NCBI GenBank assembly: GCA_002633005.1
Contig: NMRA01001006.1
Span: 1 to 32,704 of the forward strand
From: Phoronis australis
Taxonomy: Eukaryota; Animalia; Phoronida
Length of the DNA stretch: 32,704 nucleotides
Direction: 5' to 3'
Below are positions 23,450 through 32,704 of the stretch, one piece after another. Below the pieces are notes generated by a model that was given only the letters and a program-made list of their open reading frames with translations, was not told where the DNA came from and made no database searches. How positions within the stretch are numbered: position 1 is the first letter of the stretch; every line of letters starts with the position of its first letter. Made by a program: the position numbers and the translations under genes.

Positions 23450-24046
23450 TTAACGTTGAATTCAATTGCAAGAACGGGCGTATCTTGTGTTTGATCTCGA
23501 CATTATTTGCTCTTCTTTGTTGAAGCACAACGGAAGCTCGGATTTTGGCGGCGATTTCCAATGTTTTACCGCACGTTTAGTCGCGGTAAATCACCTATCG
23601 GCAATTGCCGGACTTTGCAGTAGGTCAGCGCTTCAATCATAAACAACGTTATTTTTCTTAACCAGAGTTTAACTACATTCCAACTGTGGATGGCACTTAA
23701 ATAACATTAGCGAAAACAGAGCTTCGGAATTGCTTCGGGACTATCCGCCAAAAACTCGTATGCTCGAAAGTCGTCTGCCATAAATTTCTTACGTCACGAA
23801 ATAAGGTCATTGAATTTGTGATTTTGGCCTTTATTCGTCATTTCTGTCGTCAAAACAGCACTTGAAGGCAATTTGAAGTGATCAAGTGAAAGAAGGTATT
23901 CAAATATTTGTTCGATGCAGATACCGCACATTTGAGTAGAAAATTCTGAGCAAACAGATTTTGAGTGTCCAACCTTTATGTTTTCTTAGTAGTGAGTGAC
24001 GTCAGTTGTGATCGAGGAACAGATAAACTCAAGAGCCTGTAGACTA

Positions 24047-24850
24047 CGGTGACCTAAAGTCGTGAATATAAGCATTGAATACAGCTGATTGTACCCAATG
24101 TCCGTTAGAAAGTGCTCATGTGATATCATGGAAATGTATCAGCCTTCACAAATATACGTGTTTTTCCAGTCTTGACCCGTGTTGGTCTCCGTAAGCAGAG
24201 TTTTGAAACGATCGCTCATATCGCCGGCCATTTTGAACGAAGCTCTGAAGTCGTGACCGTTTCGTTTGGACGGAAATGCACGAAGTAAGGCCACACAAAT
24301 TAACTACAGTGCTTACAGTTACTCTAGACGACATAAAAACGCATTGCATTGTTTATTAATTAAGTTTCAATTGAAATAAAATGTTATGTGTTTTGCACCC
24401 AACTCCGATGTGCACAGACGTTTTTAATGTGGATGTTTACGTAAAACACTAAGAACCCAGCATCAATTATCTCTCTGTATTTTATTTCTTCGGCTTTACA
24501 AAACTTGATCGACCCTGAGACATTTTGATACATTGTAGATTGTTCAAGCTACCCCTGGAGCGCTTGTTTGAGCAAATCTGAACGATGTATGTTTTCGAAA
24601 GTATATTCTGAAAATGCACAACAAATTGGATTAGTGAAATATTCTGTTTTTAAGATACATTTGAAAAAAGAAGCCACTCACTCACTATTTATTACCATAT
24701 TGTGAATATCAACACGTCCGGGTATTCGTTTGACGTTCGTAAGCAGACGAACGCTGGAAACTTCAACGCTAGATGTCGCGAGACCGCGCAGAAGAGGAAA
24801 TAAGATCGTTCACGACTTCAGGGCACTCACGACTTTAGGACCTCCAACGG
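24047..24850. mobile_element. Tc1/mariner-like MITE remnant
   Basis: CCTAAAGTCGTGA (24053) is the inverse of TCACGACTTTAGG (~24827); repeated AAGTCGTGA motifs (also ~24247, ~24810); right end ...CCAACGG|TA. Confidence 0.55.
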
Positions 24851-25180
24851 TACTACCAGCTGTTTGAGGGATGTGCACTCTTCCTTTAGTTTGAAGTCGG
24901 TATTATAAAACTGCTAATGTTCAATTGCGATAAAACATGACCACACTTACCCATCGTGACGCATGGAAAAATCGCAGTCAATATGCATGATCCACAGTTG
25001 CCGAAACAACCGCACAAACCACTTTTCCATTCAGCCATATTAAATGGAAAAATGCAGCCTTTTCGTAAACGCTTACTCGTCTGTCAGTAATTTTGATCCA
25101 CGCTCAGAGCATTTGTGATTAAAATTCCCGCTTCCAAGGTAAACGTCACTTTAAAATATATAAATAGAAAGGTCAATGAT

Positions 25181-25545
25181 CAGGCCGATGGGAAGGACTG
25201 AACCAAAAAGTGGGAAGAGCGACTTGAAATGGAAAAGACGGATTGTTATTTTTGAATTTATGAACGTCATTTTATCACGTGCCAAACGCTAAGTTTATTC
25301 ACATTGCCATCGCAACGCTTAATATATACGCTCGCGCATAGACTGTAGGCCTACTGGGAAAATAAATTTCACGCAAAATAAATCAAGCTACAGTACATTC
25401 ATTCGGCACTGTTGGTGTGATCGGGGCCACTGCAAGTTTTACGGCGTGCTAAAAATCGTAATCCTGTCTTTCAAATTTCCCGTTCGTTCTTCGCAGTTTT
25501 GGGTCCGTCCTTCCCATACGAAAATGGGTCCTTCCCATCAGACCT
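25181..25545. mobile_element. MITE with ~70-bp imperfect TIRs
   Basis: GATGGGAAGGACTGAACCAAAAAGTGGGAAGAGCGAC...GATTGTTATTTTT pairs with AAAAATCGTAATCC...GTCCGTCCTTCCCAT; the terminal motif is duplicated in the right arm. Confidence 0.65.
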
Positions 25546-26122
25546 TCAAGCCGGATGATAAAGCTTGATGAAGACACTTTCATTCTGTACAATACTCGTC
25601 AGCTCCTGTCCGACCGTATAACGCTAGCCGTAGAATTCTACGGTCCGACGTTATTGGTAGGCCTACACGGTGGTGACTGGTGTTTGATCGGAAATCCGGT
25701 AACGTCACGAACCTTCAGGTGCCTTCTGAAGTCAATGACCGACTTCTTTTGCGAAAGAGCGGGAATAGTGGGGGCAAGTAAATGGCGATTCTTTCTTTCA
25801 ATAGTCTTTAACGTGCAATAAAGTGAGTGTCAGTGAGATACAAAAGTTGTAAAACAATTAGGATCGGCGTTCTACAGTGGTGCGAGTTTCGTGAGTTCAG
25901 CGCAAATAGTAATTTTAAACTGTACACACCATAGATTTTTGCACATTTTGAATTACCGGTGACCACAGACTAAATGTATGACGTAAAATTTAGCTAAACC
26001 CATGTTTATTTTGTGTAATTAGCTCGAAATTTTGATTTTTCTTTCAATTTTGCCAATTTTCACTTTTCCCGCCATGCGACGTCATGGGTTGAACACAAGA
26101 GATCAGTGACTAGCATTGAACA

Positions 26123-26284
26123 ATGGCGGAGAGCAGGGAATTTGAAAGCAACTACGATTATGAGCAAGAATTGAACGAATACTATGAAGAAACGTACGGG
26201 AATGTTGGCCAGGATGAGGAAATGGGGTTGAACGAAAGCGAGAACAAGTTTAATGTGCTTCCGGCTGCGTACATTTCTACTTAG
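26123..26284 (+). pseudogene. Truncated acidic ORF, probable N-terminus of the Kolobok second protein (KolX-like)
   Basis: ATGGCG start, 53 aa MAESREFESNYDYEQELNEYYEETYGNVGQDEEMGLNESENKFNVLP(AAYIST*), convergent with the THAP remnant inside the same TIR pair. Identity inferred from architecture only. Confidence 0.5.
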
Positions 26285-26641
26285 AGCCTTACGAACTGGA
26301 TCCTCCCGCGACAGAAGAGGCCTCGGGCTCGGCGAGTCAACCCAGTCATCCAACAGACGATCCTGAATTAAGAGCTGATGTTTCTGAATGATAAATATTG
26401 TCCTTTGGAACCAGGCTCTCATCGTAACGTCTCCTGTGACTGGAGTCGAAACACGAGTCCTCAAAGTGGACAGAACACAGAGTGGCCCCGGACTGAATCG
26501 CTTGGTCTACGATGACGTCCCACACTCTCGTTCGGCGCACGAAGCGATGCCATTTCTGCGCAACTTTGGTGTCCTTCGGAATACCGAGACGTTCTCCGCC
26601 TGGCTGCTGTTGCTGCAGCCTCCGGAAACACATATTTTGAT
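26260..26641 (-). pseudogene. Degenerate THAP zinc-finger domain (transposase N-terminus) with at least 2 frameshifts
   Basis: IKICVSGGCSNSSQAENVSVF /frameshift/ PKDTKVAQKWHRFVRRTR...LCSVHFEDSCF...LVP /frameshift/ TIF. Shows the C2CH signature, conserved P, W, F and a broken AVPTIF box. No ATG at the expected position. Confidence 0.88.
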
Positions 26642-28151
26642 CCCTCTACGAACCTTCTCGACGCTAAATGTACTTTGCTTTCTCTTCACTCTATACACTT
26701 TGTCTCTGATCCAAACAGTATGGCGAACGATCTGGATTCAGCCCATGACGTTGTACATAATTATTATTTTTTCAATTTTTGCGTGTTTCTTTATGAGCTG
26801 TGCACTTAAGTCACTGAAATCTAGTAAGTTATAATAATAAAATTTATTTTGAGGTACTAGAGTCATGTCGTGTACACTTTAAATGATTGAAGGAGCTACA
26901 GCCTCGTTTTCGAGAGCGATTCCCTGATTACTACCCTCGAATCTAAATGTATCTGGTTGGGTATTTGGATAGATGCTTGCATTCTCCAAATTTATTATTT
27001 TACAACGGAAAACGAGAAATGGGCGATATAACAGAGATGGCGGTCCCAATAGTGAGGAACACTGATCATCGATGAACACCACTACTTTACGATAAATTTA
27101 AAGACAGACTGTTCCTCGGTTTCGAACACTTGTTACCATTTTATATAAAACATTTCCAAAAATACGGCCATAGATTATGTTTTGACGATATATTCAGTCT
27201 TACATTAGAAATATGTGTTTGACCGGCTAATTCGTACATGACCTTAACTTAGTGCTAGCTACTGAAATGTTACACTCGTTTCAGGTCAGCCTTCGTTGCG
27301 AAGTTACTTGACGTCATTTCCTATTGCTAATCATGAGCCAAAATAGACCAGAGCCGTTTAATCGCTTCAACGATACTATTCTACCGGGATGTAAACAATC
27401 CCTGTCAAAGCGTCGTTTGAGAAAGGAAATTAATATTCACAGTTTTCATATTAAGGGTGTCATATTTCCCGTGCAAGCCATATTTTGGCATAATTTGAAC
27501 TGTTTAGGTGACCCTCTCAAAGTGTAAGGCTCCATGAATATTCACTGAGGCGTCTTAGCAATAGTCCCTTTTGCACCTCCTGTTCATTTAATTCAGAATA
27601 CGCATTTCAAGGTTGAAAAAACCTTCAAGTTTGTACACTTCAAAAATCAATAACTGTTTGGTCCACTCTCTGATTGGCGAAGTTCGGGCACTTTCTGGAT
27701 TATGGGCTCATCAGTTTGAATACCGGCTTACAGATTTCACACGAAATGATAGAGGTGCTACTGAAATTGAAACCAAAAACGCAAATATGCACGCCAGCAA
27801 AAGGAAAAACGACACAAGTCTGAGTCGAACCGGCCCTTCCTCAACCACCAAGGTCTTCCTTAATGAGCAAACTCGTGCATTGGGCCAATGCGCGCTTAAA
27901 ATAAAATCCTGTAGAATAATTGGTGGATATCGGTTTGGTTTTGCATCCATGAGAACAACGCCATCTGTCATGCGTCGATTGGGAACGTGTGAATCACCAA
28001 TTTTGCGCACATCGAGTGCGCCGCTGTATCTTCAACGTGTTCGTATGTAATCTGTCTATTCCTAAACTGGTGACACCTGGGGACACTCTTGCGACTTTAA
28101 CAGATTGCACGGATCCCATGAAACGAAATTTAGTCGTTTGATAACTTCGCC

Positions 28152-29467
28152 ATGAAGACTACGCACTATATCGTTTTCGCTGCAGGTAAATTTCATTAAA
28201 AAGTGTTCAGTTTGTGACAAGAATAATAATTTTTAAATAACAGCATATTAAAATGTAATGAGCTATTCTTACGTGTTCTCTTTTGAAGTTTCTTGTTCAT
28301 ACGGAGCCCTTGTTGAGGAGCAGCTTCACATTAAGCTGGGCCAGAATCATCCAATTGTTGACAGGAATGTCACTTGGTATGGATGACGTCGCTAAGTAAC
28401 ATTTTAAGAAAATTTCAATACGGTGGCAACTTTTTTCAAAATGGCCACTAGAAAGACAGCTAAATCGTGAAATCCAATTTGTATTTTACTTCCTGGAGTT
28501 AAATTTTAGTATTTAGATTCTCTACCTGATATCCTGATTTGTTACACAAGTAAAGACTTGAATCGCATGGTACCAAAAAGACTTAAAGATCACAAAAGAC
28601 AAAGGATTCTAAATCCTGTTTCACACAACACGAATAATTCGTTTACTGAGTTTACCCCATCGCTCACTGACACCCAGTATCTTTTGCCCAACGCTACTTC
28701 GAGAAGAGAAGCAGCTCATTGAAACTGAATTAACTTGACGATGCAGTAACTTGAACGTGATCAGTGGAAAGTACAATGTACTGCCGATTACAATCTAGTT
28801 CGTAACGCGCATTTAACTACCGTCATGCATACCCTTGACTGATAATCGAGTAGCTTTCCTGTTCAAACGCTTTCAGTTTCTTGCCACTGTTAAAACTCCC
28901 TTGCCTGGAAACAACCAGGGTCCAGGGTCTGGTTTTTAATTGTAGTCGAACTCGAAGTTAGTTTTGGGATTTTCTGTTCCAGTTTTGTGCGAACTCATGT
29001 TGAGCTCCTATTATTCTGTGCTAGAGTACGTTATGACGTATAATTATGCATACAAGTTTCTAGTTTAACTTCGCACTTGTTGATCCCACCTACAGACTAG
29101 AGTCAAAACTCGAGATTTCAAGTAAAATTTCGAAATTTCGAGTTCACACTTGAACTTTAAACCTTAATGCAAACTAGGATTAGACAGATATTCACACAAG
29201 CCATTACACTGTATGTACTTCAGCACGAACATTCTATCAAATGGACGATTGTTTGAGTTAGGTTGCATTTTAAAACGAGACGGAACAACGAATGAAGAAT
29301 TAGGTCATGAGTTATTGTTCACACAGTAAATAATCTACATACAGCTATTTCACTGGTTGCCAGTGTATCTGCAAGTCCACGGTCTTCCAATCAACCTATC
29401 CCAGCGTGCCACCACCCGTGTCCTTACTATGACGATCCCGTGTGCGGCACAGACAATGTGACCTACA
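28152..29467 (+). CDS. Secreted Kazal-type serine protease inhibitor, partial: join(28152..28185,29345..29467); remaining exon(s) not found in window
   Basis: GCCATG Kozak context; exon 1 MKTTHYIVFAA|GTAAAT; acceptor catacAG; phase-1 join gives signal peptide MKTTHYIVFAAAISLVASVSA followed by SPRSSNQPIPACHHPCPYYDDPVCGTDNVTY|GTGAGT. C-x3-C-x7-C-GTDxxTY is the N-terminal half of a Kazal domain. Confidence 0.88.
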
Positions 29468-30191
29468 GTGAGTAGCATTTTGAATAATCGTTCCCATTCG
29501 CGTTGATTAGGATTCGTTGTCATTTTATCAATGTTGAGTGCAAAGATACCAGGAATTATTGTATGTTCTGTGTATCTTTCAATAAATATATTTATCCCAT
29601 ACGTGTTGAATTTGTGGAGGGAAATACGGCCATGTAATATTTTTTCCGTATTCACCTCCCGCACTACCTTAACAGTGACCACTTACATGGAAAGTTCAAA
29701 AGGTAGGGCAATGTCGACTCGACGTCATTAGCTGGTTACATCATCAAACTTTTCGAAAATAGTTTAAAGTGATACAATTGCAGCAGTGTAAATAACACTC
29801 AACATTCAACCAGGTCTCAATCTTAACATCTGGAATAGGACTGTTAATTATATGACAGTTCTGTCTCGGATTTCACTTGCTAAATATTATATCGTCTGCA
29901 ACTCAGGCGCCGATTCCTCGTTAACAACGATATCGAATATTGTTGTTATTTAGCTATTTTCAGGAGATGTTACAAGTTCAGTGCAAAGTTGTCGTTGTTT
30001 TCCTCTCTGTTATCTTTTTTCAAATAATAAATTGTTACATTTAAAACTGTTCCTTTTACTTGGGAAAACGTACAACCTTACGCGCAAGTACATACGTATA
30101 GGATGTGATCCGCCACTTGAACAGTCTGAGTGAAATATTTAAAAAAAAATCTGCGGAAAAAATGAATGAAACTTAGGAATTTGAAGCGTAT

Positions 30192-30365
30192 GGGATAAAT
30201 ACAAAACGTACCTCAATTGGCGTACATGAAGTAATATCCCACTCGACGTCATTCCACGTAGGCCTATCAACCTCGACCTTCGGTCTCGGTCGATACGCGG
30301 AGTAATGTCTCGTGGGATATTACTTCACGTACGCTGATCTCGGTACGTTTTGTGTATATATCACC
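30192..30365. mobile_element. Palindromic non-autonomous element (Crypton-like architecture)
   Basis: ACAAAACGTACC..CGTACATGAAGTAATATCCCAC pairs with GTGGGATATTACTTCACGTACG..GGTACGTTTTGT around the core CTCGACCTTCGGTCTCGG. Palindrome seen directly; the Crypton label is inference. Confidence 0.75.
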
Positions 30366-32279
30366 TTGACAAAATACCAACAGACTGGAAGAAAACTTAA
30401 TGTCTAATACTTGAAGAGGATGAACGAAACTGTGGTAGCTTTAGAGTTGTCTTCGTATTATATAATCTCTTGTTTTCTGTAGGAAAAGTTACTTCTTGTG
30501 GCCTGTTTGGTTTTAGGAGGGAGGAGGGAAGAGGGAATAGGAAGGACAAGGAGAAAGCGGGAGGGGGAGGAATGGTGACAGAGGGAGGTGGATACTGGGT
30601 TTTGGGGGGGGGTACTGAGATGTTAGCCGGTTGAATTTTTGTTCGTATTGGAGTGTGTTGAGTTCCCAAACGCCTAATCATATTACGTAAAAATTAAGTT
30701 CAACGCTCTCATCCTTCCAGGTAGAAGGTTGAGAGCTTCGTAAATGAGTTTAATGCACCCAAACATAACGATACTTGCAAGATATAGGATGTCGCAGGAC
30801 ACTTTCAGAGAAAAATCTTCAACGGGTTTTACCACAACAGATGAGTGACTTGGAGGAGTGCGTATATTTCACCCTCAGATAGAACACATCTGAGCAGCCC
30901 AGAGACCCTAGAACTGCCGGGAAAAGAATGATACTCCCAGAATTCAGCATAAGTATTGCTGGCATTTTGCAATTGTGTGTTAGTGAGGTCAGGAGTTTAC
31001 CCAAGTAAAATCTTGCCTTACACTCGATACATTTCAAGATTTCTTTTTATTCAACTTGAAGCTGACATGCTCTTCACAGCCCCTGTCAAACATGCAGTTT
31101 CCACTACGACCGCCAACAACGTGACTCAGTCTCTTAACATGTTTTGTGCTTGCGACAGGATGTGAGCCGGTCCGACGGTATTAAATTACCCGAGGTATAA
31201 AACTGAACTGAGTTGAGCTGTCTCAAACATGCAATGTTAGCTCAAGGTTTATATTGTTGAAACTCGGACAGTTCCCAAAAATATACTCACAATTCAAACG
31301 CCAATAAATGCGTTGCTTTGTGCCGTTTAAACTCACAAACAAGGGACCAAAAAGGAATCGAGTCATCAAATCAAGGTAAAAGCATTGCTCATAGAATCGA
31401 TTATTGATTTTTGATTTAAATGTTTATGTATCTATGAAAATCAACTGATGAAATGTCGGACAGTTCTACAGTGTCCTTAAATGTTCTTAAAATTTAAATG
31501 ACGATAAGTTTTTCATTGACTTAGGACCGAGATCGAAAAATAAATGAAATTAAACTCTTTGCTCTTTAACTTGGAAAGGTTATCTGTGCACTTCCTTGAT
31601 GTTTTTGTTTCCAGTAGTATTGTGCAATGACTATTTGTTCTTCAAAACTGAATCGTTTGCTTGCATTTCCTTGCATACTACGCAGATGAAGCACGTCATG
31701 ACTGAGGCACCCACGTTAAAAACAAGATGTAACCATGTAGTAGGACCGCGCAGAATCTCAGTGATCCACGGGAATTAAATATGAACTTCAGGCGTTGAAG
31801 TGAGTCCATTTTTGGGACATTTTCTCCACCCACCAGAAACTGGACTACCGACAGTGCTTCAACAAGGCACTACACCCATCAGGAACCTCGGGACTTCATC
31901 TTTTCAAAAAAGTCTTTCAAAGAATGACCATAATAAAACGAAGTTTTCCCGAAACTGGATCACAATATAACGAATCTTGACCTTAGAGCCAGCGCAGATG
32001 GATAGGTACGACTGTATGTCTGAAGTGGATCATAGCTGAGCTGACCGGCGATTAGCTTTAATTCATCGACTTTTGTATTTTCACTCTGTCAGTAGAGCTC
32101 TGGTACGAGGCAGCTCCCAGCTACCCGTCAGTGCGCGGACCCAAGGCCCATTCTTACTGTCCGCGAAACTTTGCCATTGGTTCGCGGTTACAAAAAAACT
32201 GATGGCTGCATCCCCGGGAGATTCGGTCCAAATATGGCGGTATCGGGAGAGTGGGTGAGGCAGTGGCAATAGGGGTAGC

Positions 32280-32447
32280 CTGGGGCGGATCCAGGATTTT
32301 GAGTTGGGGGGCAGGACAGAGCATTAGTCAGGATTTTGCCCGACAGACATTCGCACCCTCGAACCGCCAAATGTAATCTGAGAGAATTTTAGGGGGGCAT
32401 GGCACCCCTGACCATGCCCCCCTGACTCCCCTCTAAATCCGCCACTG
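32280..32447. mobile_element. hAT-like MITE, same family as 3066-3167
   Basis: CTGGGGCGGATCCAGGATTTTGAGTTGGGGGG...CCCCTCTAAATCCGCCACTG; TSD not cleanly preserved. Confidence 0.7.
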
Positions 32448-32704
32448 GGTGGGGTGGTTGGCGAAGTCGAATTGGTTTGTGCCTACGGACCTGGATAGGG
32501 GGTATGAGTTTTTAGTTGATTCCTGCGTTTAACTTGCAAGGTTGACGCCAATAATGCATTAGCAGGTGACAGAACGCGGGTTGGTATCCTTTTAACGTTT
32601 AACCTTGAGTTTCATCAATGATCCACAGATCAAACAATAACATGCTAGCCACGCGACAACTTTCAAATTGTCTCCCGCGAGTTTTGGAAAATTTTATCAG
32701 CCTT

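Larger units (their letters stand above)
25919..26878 (-). mobile_element. Internally deleted Kolobok-like DNA transposon (960 bp)
   Basis: TTAA on both sides (25915-18, 26879-82); imperfect TIR ACTGTACACACCAT vs AGTGTACACGACAT (11/14); contains a THAP remnant on - and a convergent acidic ORF on +. Confidence 0.75.

Noticed and set aside
26388-26834. 148-aa ORF on +
   Set aside because: Antisense shadow of the THAP remnant.
27613-28050. 145-aa ORF on +, one of the longest in the track
   Set aside because: TTG start, no recognisable motif and no splice support; likely a chance ORF upstream of the Kazal gene.
28983-29025. Candidate extra exon in Kazal intron 1 (ttccAG...GTACGT)
   Set aside because: Ends in phase 2, incompatible with phase-1 exon 2. 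The direct exon 1-2 join already gives a clean signal peptide.
29350-29682. 110-aa ORF on -
   Set aside because: Overlaps Kazal exon 2 antisense and intron; no motif recognised.
27097-31480. Isolated TTAA-AG / CT-TTAA Kolobok-like ends (27097, 31476; also 16091, 17512, 25807)
   Set aside because: No convincing matching partner TIR found by eye.

Overview
Eukaryotic, AT-rich genomic DNA. GT-AG introns, mosaic CpG depletion and CTCF-like motifs suggest a bilaterian invertebrate (inference). Almost all ORFs in the supplied track are spurious. Reconstructed by hand: (1) a complete 4-exon nurim (NRM) gene on + (5139-8805, 238 aa); (2) a convergent PLAC8/cornifelin-family gene on - (about 11744-12240), whose N-terminal motif is frameshifted but which a phase-compatible 86-nt GT-AG intron could put back in frame; (3) the first two exons of a secreted Kazal-type protease inhibitor on + (28152-28185, 29345-29467), with the rest not found in the window; (4) a 960-bp TTAA-flanked, internally deleted Kolobok-like transposon carrying a decayed THAP domain and a convergent acidic ORF stub. 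The remainder is densely packed with non-autonomous DNA elements: a 662-bp whole-length palindromic Kolobok-like MITE, nested foldback/hAT elements with 5-, 6- and 8-bp TSDs, a Helentron/HINE-like repeat with co-oriented CTCF-like motifs, and palindromes sharing a 15-bp core. The most unusual observations are a 217-bp CRE-centred palindromic promoter-like cassette in nurim intron 1, possible intronization in PLAC8, and direct evidence that the over-represented TAGGCCTA motif arises by a 6-bp insertion at TA. No CRISPR array, rRNA or tRNA was found. I found no clearly new multi-gene system.
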